The notes beneath the pieces are model-generated. The model did no database searches. It saw only the letters and a program-made list of their open reading frames with translations, and had not been told where the DNA came from. A stretch of DNA of 64,000 nt from NCBI RefSeq assembly GCF_001194135.2, contig NC_068992.1, positions 8,168,214-8,232,213 of the forward strand. Reading direction: 5' to 3'. How positions within the stretch are numbered: the first letter of the stretch is position 1; every line of letters begins with the position of its first letter. Source of the DNA: Octopus bimaculoides. Its lineage: Eukaryota. This document shows positions 23,160-36,544 of the stretch, piece after piece. A program made the translations under genes and the position numbers.

Positions 23160-24790
23160 TGCTGTAATAGTAGAAATAAAAAAATAAAGGAGGAGAGGAA
23201 GAAGGGGAGAAGGAGAAGAAGGAGGCGGCGGAAGAGAAGGAGACGAGACATCAGTATCAGATTGGTACTTCATTTATTGAATCTTCTACCACTTTCGCCT
23301 CAGTATGAAGTGTCAAATTTCAGAGAGCAGGAATTAACCGGACTGCACACAGCTCTAACGGTTCTGCCAATTCGCCTCCGCCATCTTTACCTGCACATAC
23401 ATCATGAGGAATATCTTTTTGATGCTTATATTACGAAACTTTAGAAAGTGTCATCATACGACAGAACATTTTGAGTATGTTTTTTCTTTTTATATCGTCT
23501 TCAATATCTATTATTTATGAACTGTTACCAAGGTTTAACAAAACAGGTAATTTTTGAGAGAAACCACATTCTAGATTGCTGAAACGAAGACATTTACAGC
23601 TTTCAGAAGAGGAACAGAGTAATTACCAAGTGCTAGTTAACCTCTTTAAGCCGAATATCGAATATCCAAAGATTCTCAAACCAACCATTTTCCCAAAGTC
23701 AGCAATGAACGAATTAAAGCCAACGTTATCTTAATCCGTGTCCATACAAAATTTGGTCTCATCAAATCTCTTCATAATAATAGCAGGTTGCAAGAAGCCT
23801 TTCCTTACATTTTGCACTAAGAATGAGACAAAATGAAAATTAATTTCATAACATCCTTCCTTTTCAAAGAAATAATTGTAACTTCTGATTGGATGCTAAC
23901 ATCAATAAACACAATTGCAGAATATACACTGAAAGGAAAAAAACAACAAAAACTCCATATGTACGTGTATGTGTCCTGCAGTCTATAACGCTTAACTTCT
24001 ACACGTTCGTACGATTGTGTTTGCACGCGCATGCGTGTTTGCGCTTCTGTGTGCATGTGTACATGGGTGTGTGTGTGCGGAGTGGGTGGGTGGGGGATAA
24101 GGGTGGATGGAGGTTTGTGGTAAATCTAACAGCATTCTTTCTGATGAAATATCTGCAAGTACTGGAAATTATTTGATAATGTTTCCATGTTCTATGCCGA
24201 CAATTGATGCAGCTTGACGAATAATGATGGTTGGTTTCTTCGGATAGTTTATTCTGTTGTGTTTGTATTATCTTGTTTTATTCCCTCACTCTTTTACTGT
24301 CTTTTCTTTCTTTCTTTCTTTCTTTCATTCTTTCTGTCTTCCCTTCTTTCTTTCTTTCTTTCTTTCTCTCTTTCTTTCTTTCCTTCTTTCTTTCTTTCTT
24401 TGTTTTCCTCCTCCTCCTCCTCCTCCTCAACACGCATATATCTACATGTATATATATAAATATAGGTATATATATACTTACATATACATATATATGTACA
24501 TATATGTGTATATATAGTTATATATACATATTATGCACATAACATATTTAACATATATATACATGTAGATATATACAATATGTAAAGGTGTATATATATA
24601 TATGTATATATATATATGTATATATATGCATATATATATATATATATATATATATNNNNNNNNNNNNNNNNNNNNNNNNNNNNNNNNNNNNNNNNNNNNN
24701 NNNNNNNNNNNNNNNNNNNNNNNNNNNNNNNNNNNNNNNNNNNNNNNNNNNNNNNNNNNNNNNNNNNNNNNNNNNNNNNNNNNNNNNNNN

Positions 24791-24860
<70 letters not shown>

Positions 24861-25152
24861 ACGCGTGTGTGTGTGTGTGTAGTTATGTGTGTTTTTGAGT
24901 GTTACTATGTACATTCATCTGCTTGCTCACATCCATATACCTGTGCATGTGCACATAAATGTAAAGTGTAGGCATGCATTTGCCTGCACATGATTGTATG
25001 CATGATATTCGTCTACATTATACATACATACATGCATATGTGCGTTCGTGCGTTCGGGTGTATAATATTAACACCTTTCCAGGCTTTCGTTTACCTGCTT
25101 GAGATTTTCTCAATGCTTTCTTGTAGATTGCTTAATGTGAAGAAGAAATGAC

Positions 25153-25345
25153 CAGGAGTGGCTGTGTGGTAAGAAGCTTGCTTCCCAACCACATGGGTTC
25201 CGGGTTCAGTCCCACTACGTGGCACCTTGGGTGAGCGTCTTCTACTGTAGCCACGGACTGACCAAAGCCTTATGAATGGATATGGCTGACGGAAACTGAA
25301 AGAAGCCCGTCGTATATATATATGTGTGTGTGTGTGTGTGCATGT
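25153..25345 (+). mobile_element. SINE family A head and body ending in (TA)/(TG) tract
   Basis: caggagtggctgtgtggtaagaagcttgcttcccaaccacatgggttccgggttcagtcccactacgtggcaccttggg...ggaaactgaaagaagcccgtcg. Confidence 0.9.
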
Positions 25346-25864
25346 AAGACCTAACAAGACAAAAATACATACGTAACTGTCACTTTGCGTTTGAACAAAG
25401 GTCAAAATTTTTCCCCTAAATCATGAAAATTAAATTTTCTGCAATTTTTAAATGATTTTCTTTAAATTATCTCCCTTTCTATTTGAGTGTTACTAATCAT
25501 TGTCATTAGGTTTCTGTATTCTTTCTACAAGAGGCGAATTTCTCTTAATTTAGAACATGTGTGCGTAAGTGTGTGTGTGTGTATGTGTGTGTGTGTACAA
25601 TTTGGTACATCATCATCCTTATTATTATTTTATGAGCTGTCGAATAACGTACAGAAACTATTTAATTATTTATATAAACCAGTGACAGCTCTTGAGATCC
25701 ATATTTACCATAAATATCATTACACCCAGTTTATAATGAATAAAAGCTGGCATAGAAGAAGATAATATTTCAATTAGAGTCACATGAAATTAAATAGCGA
25801 ACATTGATGAGTTCTTTTTCCAACATGATTTCAACATTTCTTATCTCATTTGCTGTCCTATGAA

Positions 25865-26145
25865 CCGAAAGGTTAAACATACATATTCCATAGCGAACCG
25901 CTAACTTATGGAGAGCAAAACAGACCAATACCGGTTGCCATGCAGTGAATAGAGGGACGAACACAAAGACACAAACTGAGATATACACATATATACGATA
26001 GGCTTCCACACAGTTTCCACCTACCAATTTCATTCGCAAAACATTGGCATATTAGAAAAAACTAGTTCAATGTGACATGCAGTGGGACTGAACTGGAAAT
26101 CATGTGGTTTCAATGCGAGTTTTTTAATCATGCAGCCATGCATGA
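25865..26145 (-). mobile_element. Old degenerate SINE family A
   Basis: cagtttccacctaccaatttcattcgcaa; atgcagtgggactgaactggaaatcatgtggtt. Confidence 0.65.
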
Positions 26146-26459
26146 ACGTATCATATATACTCTAAAACATTTCTAAAGGAAAGATAACATCTAGAATTGG
26201 ATTCGATCAAGATATTTCCAAAAATTCTTGATGAATATATTCATTGCATGTATCAGTTGCATGACACGAAAAGAATAATTCCATTTATATCATATCATAT
26301 CGTGTCATCTTATGATATGATATTTTATTACATAATGAATGACAATGCGTTATATTAAGACATCCAACCGTAAGCTGTTATGCTACCAATATTATGTAAT
26401 ATAAATTAGCAAACACTGTACTGTTATTAAATATATTATTCTCCAGCATTAAGTTTTAT

Positions 26460-26660
26460 TGGTTTCAAATTCTAGCACAGGGTCAACAAGTACGTTGTGG
26501 GGGTAAGTCGATTATATTGACCCTCGTGCTCAGCTGGTTACTTATTTTATCGACCCTGAAAGGATAAAAAGAAACGTCGATCTCGGCGGAATTTGAACTC
26601 AGAGCCTGAGGACGGAATGCCGCTTAGCATTTTGCCCGGCGAGCTTATGATTCTGCTCTC
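26460..26660 (-). mobile_element. SINE family B
   Basis: ggtttcaaattctagcacagg...taagtcgattatattgaccc...gaaaggat...gtcgatctcggcggaatttgaactcag. Confidence 0.85.
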
Positions 26661-27495
26661 AGCTTTTATTATGTCTTTCCTTGAATATTCTCCGACTTTT
26701 ACTATATCTTTCCTTGAATATTTTCAGTTTTATCCCAAAAGCCGAGGATCCGAAATATTTTTTTCCATTCGTTATGCGGGAGTGAAGCTGGGTGAATTTG
26801 GAATTGTGTGCAAAGTTTGGAAAAGAGTCGAAGTGAAATAACTACGTTCTATCAAGACAAATAGACAAGCATCAACGCTTGGAAAATTCACAGTCCTTGT
26901 AATTCAATATGACTGAATTCGTCACAGAGTTATGTATGTATGCGTGTATGTAGGTAGATTTGCAAGCAGCTAGGTAAGTAGGTATGCTAGCGTGTATATA
27001 TNNNNNNNNNNNNNNNNNNNNNNNNNNNNNNNNNNNNNNNNNNNNNNNNNNNNNNNNNNNNNNNNNNNNNNNNNNNNNNNNNNNNNNNNNNNNNNNNNNN
27101 NNNNNNNNNNNNNNNNNNNNNNNNNNNNNNNNNNNNNNNNNNNNNNNNNNNNNNNNNNNNNNNNNNNNNNNNNNNNNNNNNNNNNNNNNNNNNNNNNNNN
27201 NNNNNNNNNNNNNNNNNNNNNNNNNNNNNNNNNNNNNNNNNNNNNNNNNNNNNNNNNNNNNNNNNNNNNNNNNNNNNNNNNNNNNNNNNNNNNNNNNNNN
27301 NGTGTTTTTTCGGATGATGAGGATTGGTAGTGGAGGTGGTGATGGTGGTTGGTAGTGGGGTAACATTCCGAGTCGATAAATAAAAATTGAATTGGATTTT
27401 TCCAAATTGTGTTCAGAGATAAAATTCTTTCAATTCCTATCGGTTTTCCCCCTTCATCTCTCATGTTCTTACTCATAGACTCTTCCTTCCTTCCT

Positions 27496-27559
<64 letters not shown>

Positions 27560-27858
27560 TCATTCTTTCTTTCTCACACACTGGCTCTCTCCTCCATATC
27601 TCTCTCCCTTTCCCTCTCTCACTCTTTCTTTGTGAGCTTCAATACCCCCCACCCCCACTCCAGTTTAAATGTGTTTGATCTTTGTGCGATTCTCGTTTAC
27701 TCCCGGTCAGATTCTCATTCAATGCCTGTTAAATCCTTGTTTAATCCTTGTTTGTCCTCTTCTAATTATTCTTCTTTAAAGAGAATGATAACATTTAAAA
27801 AGGAAAACGGCAAACTAACTTTTTTTGTCACTGCTTTCCACATTTTATTTCTCATTAG

Positions 27859-27972
27859 CGGTTGGATATTTCTACAAATATACTCGTACAACAGATGGGG
27901 CTACGGTCAGCTTGACTTTCCGTACTTTTAGAACGACATTTTACGATTCAGTTGCCATCAACGCAGAGCCAT
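27859..27972 (+). CDS. Candidate internal host exon (114 bp, phase 1-1), CUB-domain-like
   Basis: Acceptor cattttatttctcattAG, donor GTAAG. Open frame (A)VGYFYKYTRTTDGATVSLTFRTFRTTFYDSVAINAEP fits the CUB pattern G-x2-V-x-L-x-F-x2-F-x4-Y-D-x-V-x-I. No partner exons identified. Confidence 0.35.
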
Positions 27973-28046
27973 GTAAGGTCACCCTTAAAAGTTGTGGCTC
28001 TCAGTGAATTTCCGTTAGAGACGCTGGCATATCTGTGACCACATGG

Positions 28047-28160
28047 TTCAAGGTTCAGTCCCACAGCGTGGCACCTTGGGCGAGTGTCTTCTACTATAGC
28101 CTCAGGCCGACCAAAGCCTTGTGAGTGGATTTGGTAGACGGAAACTGAAAGAAGCCCGTC

Positions 28161-28240
<80 letters not shown>

Positions 28241-28443
28241 ATGTTTGTGTGTCTGTGTTTGTCCCGCCAGCATCGCTTAACAACCGATGCTCGTGTGTTT
28301 ATGTCCCCGTAACTTAGCGGTTCGGCAAAAGAGACCGATAGAATAAGTACAAAGCTTACAAAGAATAAGTCCTGGGGTCGATTTGCTCGACTAAAGGCGG
28401 TGCTCCAGTATGGCCGCAGTCAAATGACTGAAACAAGTAAAGG

Positions 28444-28445
<2 letters not shown>
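28047..28445 (+). mobile_element. SINE family A, near full length, with expanded internal (TA)n
   Basis: B-box ggttcagtccc, CORE-like gcaccttgggcgagtgtcttctactatagcc, internal (TA)n at about 28162-28229, then the 3' module and an (ATT)n tail. Confidence 0.92.
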
Positions 28446-28504
<59 letters not shown>

Positions 28505-31024
28505 CATTTATCTTTTTAATTAGACCAATATATGCGTAACGACACACACCATTTCCTGATAAATAAATCAATTCTTTTATTTTATTTGAAACTGATTTGA
28601 TAACCGTCTCGAAATTTATAACTATGCTATATTTTTCGTGTGGGAAGCGTGTATATATGCATGTAGATATAAGTATGGACAGTGTATATATGTGTGTATA
28701 TGTGTGTGCGTGTATCAATATCTAGGTGCATACTTACATTATTTCGTATATGTGTAGATGTGTATGCTTAGATGTATGGATATATGCATATATGAGTGGG
28801 CGTGGATAAATTAAAATTATGTATACGTGTATGGGTGTCTGTCTGTGTGTGTGTGCATGCGAGTGTGTAGGCATGGCCGGTTATCTTTCATGAACTAATC
28901 TGTTACCTGCTTTCATCACGACAGCTTTCTAAACCATCTATCATTGTTAACTTAGAAATATCTTTCATCTATGACAACTTTGATGGTTGACCTTCTTAAT
29001 CTTCTTAATTATCCCGGCTGCACATCCTTATCGTTTTGTCTTTATTTTATTGACAGCATAAAAATAATAGCGTTTCCCGTTCCTTTTCTTTAATTCTATT
29101 CAAGAATTTTCCCTTCACTTTATAGACACAGATGTATCTTTGCACTGTCAACGAACCTATTGCGATAAATAATAATGGATTGAATTAGAATATTCTTTTA
29201 AATATCAAGAGCTTGAACGTTATAACGCAAAGGTCTACGATACGATTTGCGCACAACACGCTACTATTCGCTAGTGAAACGTGTAAAGATCTTGTAATTT
29301 ATGATGTTATAATAAAATTTATGAGAATTTGTCTGCTTTATTCTGCTCTCAGATACGCACACTGTAAGTTATTCAAATGTATATGGTACCAAACCAAAAT
29401 CGGAGGACAAATGTTGCTTAAAACTCGATTGAAATTTGCCTAAGTAAGAATTTACATAGAGTTCTAAGCATTGGCTGTTATGCTATCTCACCCCGGCATC
29501 CGAAACTCGGAGTTTTATCATGGCTACCGAATAAATGTCACATATTTTTACAGATAAATTCCTCTATTTACATAATATCGAGGTCTCTTTCTTTCTTTTG
29601 TTGTCCTTCCTATCAATATATATATATATATAACTAGCAATTTTGCAGTTTGATATTTCTCATGTGCGACTATCTGTTGTTGATTTTATTGTTATCATCC
29701 TTGTTTCTCTTTTGTTGCCACTGCTGCTGCTGTTGTTGTTGTTGTTGTTGTTATATAGAGAGAAGCATGTAGGTGGTTGCGGTGCACATTTCATATTTCC
29801 TACTCATGGCCAGTTTATTCTATTGGAGATACTTGCAACATTAATTTATACAAATAATTTTTCTTTACGTCGCATTTAAGAGCTTTTTCTTTTTTCATCT
29901 TGTCTACAAGTAATTTAACTAATATTGGACTCTTACCGAGTTTATAATACCACTCGACCATCACTGTTCGTTGCTGCTGAAGAAAGCTGCACGTACGGGC
30001 TTATTAAAGTGTAATTTAGAAATACAAACCTACCAGTAACTACTAAACTACTCGAGATGCATTAGAACTGCACAAGAGAAGACCCTACACCCACTAGAAC
30101 AATTGTGTTCGCGCGCAACATCATGCGCAAGCATGAATGTAGGAATACATTTAATGAACCTTATCAATGAGGCCAGTATTTCGGGAGCTGATGGTGTTTA
30201 TTTCACAGCGCCCACCTTATGAGAGATTCGAGTTTGAAGACAGCTGTTATATAGAGAAATAGAGGATTCTTCATGCTTAAAAACTAAATATATGCATTAA
30301 TGATGATCTAAGATGTTAATGTTATTGACACTAGACTGATTTCCTTATTTCTTGCTATTTTTTTTTTTACTTTTGTTTTATTTATTTGTATGTATGTTAT
30401 GTATGTTTACTTTTGTTTATTTGTATGTCTGCTGTTGTGTTTTTTTTCTTTTTCAAACACTGTTTTGTTTTCGATTTGTAGTTTGCAGAAAATTGTAATT
30501 TTATAATGCTATTGGAATGTTAATTATCGTTATAAATACTAAAACAATGAAATAATAGATAATTTTTAAACAATCAAACCAAAAAAAAAAGAAGAAAATA
30601 TTACTAAGTAAATATATAAACGAAATAGAGATAAACGTGTGTGTGTGTGTATGTGTGTGTGTAAGTGAGAAAGTGTGTGTGTGCATGTGTGTGTGTGTGA
30701 GAGAGAGAGAGAAGAAAAAAATGGGAAAAATTTCAATGAAAAGTAAAAGCAATTCTGTGAAAATGTTTGTTTCATATTCAATATAGAGAACAGAGGATGT
30801 GTGACATTTTTGCAAGTACTGATCAACATCCAGTGTTTGTATTATAGTCGACTGAGTAAGCAAACAGAGACTGGCTGATGTGATCCAGTAACATTAAAGA
30901 GTCTTAGTATGATGAACTCAATGTTGATGTAATACATCATGTTACTACCGTACGTGAAACGGAGTGCATGGTGATATAGTTCGAATTCATACTTAAGTAT
31001 TAATATTATTCGTTGGCTATTTAA

Positions 31025-31220
31025 GGTGGCGAGCTGGCAGAATCGTTACGGAGCCTGCCGAAATGCATCTCAGCATTTTGTGCGTCTTTACGTTTTGAGT
31101 TCAAATTCCCCCGTCGACTTTGCCTTTCGGTGCCGATCAAACAAGTCTCAGCTGAGTAGTGCAGCCGATCTGATCAACTTCCCCGAGACTGCTGGCCTTG
31201 TGGCAAAATTTGAAACCGAT
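31025..31220 (+). mobile_element. SINE family B
   Basis: ggtggcgagctggcagaatcgtta...ttgagttcaaattcc...gtcgactttgccttt...gctggccttgtggcaaaatttgaaacc. Confidence 0.85.
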
Positions 31221-32864
31221 ATGTCTATCGCTATTTCTTTTTTTTCTTTTAAAGATGAAAATATTCAATTTGATGTAGATTTGGTTGATATTTCTAGCAC
31301 ATCGGGAGAACGCATAGACATCCTCATATTTTGCAATAGGTTACATTAGTAGATGCAGTTTATTGCTGTAAGAAAATGGTGTACTGGGGATGAATAATAA
31401 AAAAAAGGAACGTATGTTTCTTTAGCTTCCATAGAAAGTTTAGCCATTCAATGAGAGATTTTGATGTAATTTGCAAAAACTAATTAAGCAGACCTATGAT
31501 TACCAAAGACGTTTCAGCTGTACCCTGTCTAAGACTTTTAGACAAAATTTATTCAAGACTACATTTTTAAATGTATTCTTCCATTTCAAAGACTGTGAGA
31601 TGTAATTTAAGGAAGATTTGGTTGCTATTTCTAGAAAATAGTGTGGTTGCACAAGAGCTTCTTCATTGCTCAACATTTGTGAGAATATCTGTTGCAGGAA
31701 TTTTACATTCCATGAGAATCTACGTCATGTGTATTTTAGAAACAAATGGTTTGGATCTCAGAATAGTTTGGAACAAACTTTGGAGGGGGCAATGATGTAG
31801 TCGATTTATTCCCCAAAGGATTCAGGGAATGACAAGGTAATTATACACCGGCACATGTCAATTCATCTAAATAGGGAGATTAAGGAAAATTATCTAAATA
31901 TTATCAAAGACTTTCAGGCAAAGAGATGACTCCTAATCGATATATCAACCGAATGAACAACAATATATCCCTAACTGAAAGAAGTTATCCTGTGGAATTA
32001 GAGTTATCCAGAATGTGGAGATTGGAAGCAAACAATTTCAATAATAATAAGTGCTCTGAGGAATAATTAAAAAAAATGGCATACAAAACAATAAATAAGC
32101 AAACATACTTCGTAGAGTAACAAAAGATGTGCCCACATACATACAAAATATCTGAGAATATCTGAGAACGTGTGCATATATACAATATAGGGAAAAGTTT
32201 GTTCGACACTACAAACATTATAGTGGAGTACCCAAGGATGAACACAATATACACATAATATATAGGAAATTTCATTACGAGACACTGCGTCATATAATGT
32301 AGAGTACATTCAATACAAAATCGTATTCGGCAGAATTGTTAGATGTTTTGGACAAATATATTGTGGTATTTGCTCAAATCCTGCAAAGATAAATTGTACC
32401 TTTCGTACAATTTACTAAAATGGCTTCAGAGGTGACCTTTCGTCCTTCGGAAGTCTACGAAATATAATACCAGTACAGGACGGTGGATTTCCCGTTATTA
32501 TAGCGTTGGACAAATATTTTATGCTATTTCTTCCGGTTGTTTTCGTTCTGAGTTCGTCTTGCAATCTACATCAGCCATTGTATTTCCTTTAAACATCATC
32601 GGTGGCATTGAGAAAAGAGACTTACTGTACTAGCACTACAATCTTCTATAACGAAAAGAAAAAGTTTGTCTGGATCTATGCCAAGAGAGACACATTCCAG
32701 TCGCAGATACAAGATCTACACAAAGGAAACCTTAGCAACTGGCATATCGATGATATATTTACTAATATGGCTTCAGAGGTGACCTATTGTGCAACTTGCG
32801 GATGTAAATTCTTGTTCCATTTACTCACTGGTTGTTCAAAAGCTCCAGGGATTAAGAACATAAC

Positions 32865-33026
32865 ATTTGTTGCCTTCGCTATAACTTGCCATCTGACAAA
32901 ATGTATACAGCGGCGTAGATGGCATAGGCTGTATGAAGTTAAGAAGACACTTGCCCAAGGTGCGACGTAGTGGGACTGAACCCGGAACCATGTGATTGGG
33001 AAGTTAGCTTCTTACTACAGAGCCAC
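32865..33026 (-). mobile_element. SINE family A head and body
   Basis: agaagacacttgcccaaggtgcgacgtagtgggactgaacccggaaccatgtg. Confidence 0.85.
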
Positions 33027-33232
33027 GTATATTTGCATGTATGTATATGTATGTATGTACACGCATGTGTGTGTGTAAGCGTGTTGCTTCGAGTGTAGGG
33101 TATCCACATACACATATATGTGTACGTTGTACACATATACATATATATGTAAACGTATACATGTACACACATATATACACACATATCTATATATACACAT
33201 ATTTACACACACACAAACGTACACACATATAA

Positions 33233-33289
<57 letters not shown>

Positions 33290-33800
33290 CATATACTTGT
33301 ATATGTATAAATATGTGTATAGATGTCTCTGTATGTTTGTATATATGTATATTTTCCTGTGTACGCGCATGTGTGTGTGTGTGTGCATGTCTGTGTGTGT
33401 GTGTGTCGTGCGTATGGGTGCGAAGGTCTGTGTGAGCATGTTTGTATAGTCGTACGTCAAAATGGTTGATTGCATAGTGTAGTCCAAGGAATGTGATTGT
33501 TTTCCTCGTCTTTTTCTCCATTATCTTATTTCGTTTTATTTCTGATTGTCATTTTCTTCCAGTTTTATCTCCTACCTTAATCCATCCTTCGGTTTCAGTC
33601 TAATTTCCTATTTCCATCATTCACTCTCTCCCTATCTGCCACACTCTCTCCGTGTCTCTCCTTCTATATTTGTGTGTATGTATGTGTGTGTGTGTATATG
33701 TATATTATGCATGTATATGTGTGTGTGTGCATGTGTGTCTATTTATTTGTGTGCATATGTGTTTATTTATGTATATGTTATATATATATATACACACACG

Positions 33801-33858
<58 letters not shown>

Positions 33859-34005
33859 GTACAAGTATATTGATATATATGCATATGTATATATAGCTGT
33901 GTATATTAATAGTATGTGTGCGTGTGAGAGTGTATGTATTCATGTATGTATTCCGATATCTCGAGATGACTGCCTTTCAGTCATTTGTACATATCAATGT
34001 TTATC

Positions 34006-34037
<32 letters not shown>

Positions 34038-34070
34038 TGTATGTATGTATGTATTATTAGTGTGAGTGTT
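33027..34070. repeat. Compound (CA)/(TA)/(TATG) microsatellite block
   Basis: Directly visible simple repeats. Confidence 0.9.
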
Positions 34071-34649
34071 TGTAAGTGTCCGTGCGATTGCATGCGTGTG
34101 TCAATTCAATCTTACGCTATTAGCAGGCAAGAACATATATATATACTCATATATAAACGAAAACAACGAACGACAGAAAGCCCCCCTCTAACCCATTCAA
34201 ATGAAACACGAAACATGACAATATTTCTAATGTCTTCTAAAACTCAAAGATATATTCACACAAGTAGTAGATCTCATCATATACGTTATTGCTATTTCTG
34301 GTATAATCGATCGTACGACAAAAATGCTATGGTCGATCATTGCGAAAATATACGTTTACAAAGCCAAAAATAAATACACTGAAACCGATTATAAACATTA
34401 GAAAGCACGGAATTTATATTAAGAATTAATTATTATAAATATAAACTTTAAATCAACATTTTCTGTTTCCAATGACATCCAGAATCTTTTTTGGCTTTCG
34501 TTTTTAACTGTTTTGGTGTTAAACTTTGGTACGGTCGGATTCAACGTCAATGAGAAAAAAATGTGCCTGTTTATCCAAACAGATTGTGGTCTAGCTTAAC
34601 TGCAGCCGTCGACCAAAGAGTGTCTTTCACTATGAATGGCTATTACTGA

Positions 34650-34850
34650 TATGTGAGTGGATTTGGTAGACAGAAAGTGAAAGAAACCTAGTGGCTGTGT
34701 GGTAAGTAGCTTGCTTACCAACCACATGGTTCCGGGTTCATTCCCACTGTGTGGCACCTTGGGCAAGTGTCTTCTACTATAGCCTCGGGCCGACCAAAGC
34801 CTTGTGAGTAGATTTGGTAGACGGAAACTGAAAGAAGCCCGTCGTATATA
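34650..34850 (+). mobile_element. SINE family A head and body (about 34690-34850) preceded by a fragment of another A copy
   Basis: gtgagtggatttggtagacagaaagtgaaagaaacc directly followed by agtggctgtgtggtaagtagcttgcttaccaaccacatggttccggg...aagaagcccgtcg. Confidence 0.9.
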
Positions 34851-34854
34851 TGAT

Positions 34855-35435
34855 TGGTATTTATCTTATTGGGAATTTGAACTTAGAACGTAGAAACAGA
34901 CTAAATGCTGCTACCCATCGTGCTAACGATTCTGCCAGCTCGCCGCCTTAAACTATACCCAAAATATTAAAAGCCGGAATAAATGCTGCTTAGCATGTTG
35001 TCCGACGCGCTAACAATTATGTCAGTTCATCATTTTTAATATTGGTTTCACTGCCTTTAATAATCCCTTCTACTGAAATTTTGGCGCGGAGTGGCTTGTC
35101 GATTTCACCAACCACAATACTGGACTGGTACTTATTTCCCCGACCCCGAGAGAAGGAAATGCAAAGTCGACCTTGGTGGAATTTGAACGTAAAGTCAGAT
35201 TCAATGCCCCTGAATATTTTGTCCGGCATGCAAACGATTCTGCCTGTTCCGGCGCCTTTAATAATGGTTTCAACTTTAAGTAGAAAGATAACAATTCTAG
35301 TCAATTACATTGAATCCCAGTGTCCAACTGGTAATTATTTTATCGATCCCGAAAGGATGAAAGGTAAAGTCGACCTCGACAGGATTTGAAGTGAGAACAT
35401 AAAGAGATGAAACAAATGCCGCGAAGCATTTTGTC
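34855..35435 (-). mobile_element. Cluster of three partial SINE B copies in the same orientation
   Basis: gaatttgaac...gattctgccagctcgccgcc (about 34870-34950); aaagtcgaccttggtggaatttgaac (about 35070-35255); gaaaggatgaaaggtaaagtcgacctcg (about 35270-35435). Confidence 0.8.
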
Positions 35436-35534
35436 TGAAAGCTCTCTGCCTTTAAAAAACCTAGTCGCCATGCCACTATCTTATGGTTTTTGCAGCACGT
35501 CAGTCAGCTAGTAATGTATGATAGAAGCGATATA

Positions 35535-35990
35535 GTCATTCGCCATAACTGCTTTATCTTCCAAGAATAGATTTTTCCTCTGCTCGTTTCTATACGTAAG
35601 GTCTCCACCAAGACGTCTTGACTAAATCAGATGCTGAGCACTTTAATCGGTCCATCGATGCTTAACACATGATCCACACATGGTAATGTCGGCGCCATAG
35701 AAAGGTACATGCTGCTTCCATTTCTCAGACATCCAATACTATGATGATCCCGTCGTCTGCGTATGCTGTTACAGTACTCTTGTGTCATGTTTCCATCGAA
35801 AACTCTGGCCAAAAGTATTAACATTGCATTCAATAGTCACGGACTTGTAATTATCCGTGATTACGCGCTGGTTCGAGTCTTTTCTTAACCGTGCCACCAC
35901 TTCTTGGCCTGCAGAACTGGGAACACTGTCATTTTCGGTAAAATCTCTTTTCGTTCATTCTCGTCGGCTGTTATTCTATAAGTCACGATA
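35535..35990 (-). pseudogene. L1/Tx1-like LINE reverse transcriptase relic with internal deletion
   Basis: Minus strand: LRKDSNQR..TDNYKSVT..NA.L.LLARV (LLxKD..G..NFRPITLLNxxxKILAxV), then directly TAYADD (35752-35763) and GPIKVLSI*FSQD (GPxKxLGxWF). Confidence 0.7.
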
Positions 35991-36544
35991 GTCATTTTTT
36001 TGTTTTGTTTTTTGAAACAGAATTTTTTAAAAAGTCTTTACCAAGCTCCGCCTTTTACAGAGATCGAACCAAGAAAAAGAACCCACTCGCCTCATGCTTC
36101 TGACCAGTCTCTTGAACAAAAGGCATGCTCTAGCAGGGTAAAAAAAAAAAAAAGACAACTGCATAAATTTATTCAGACTTACAGTGTGTCAAATCAACGT
36201 GACGTTCAAGCCGAGAGCAGTAATAAAAAAAGTAATGATATACGATAATTGAATATTAACTGAATAAATTTAGTTATAATTCAATTTAGATAATTAGGAT
36301 TTCTTTACTACAATTTTATTATTCTTAAAGCACTTCTATAGATATAATATTAAATAAAATATTGTTTAAAATCGAACAAAATGTGTAAATATGGTTGGAT
36401 TTTGGAAAAAAATAATAATCTAGAAATAAAAATAATCGAGTTATTTTGCTTGAATTGTGAAGATGATATAGAAAGAGTCGAAAGTCTGAGCGAGATTTCA
36501 GTTCTTTTCCTTTAGTCAGTACAGAACTCAATAATTACTTCTAC

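Noticed and set aside
31985-32309. Hydrophobic minus-strand ORFs resembling GPCR TM segments
   Set aside because: No GPCR signature residues; consistent with AT-rich random ORFs.
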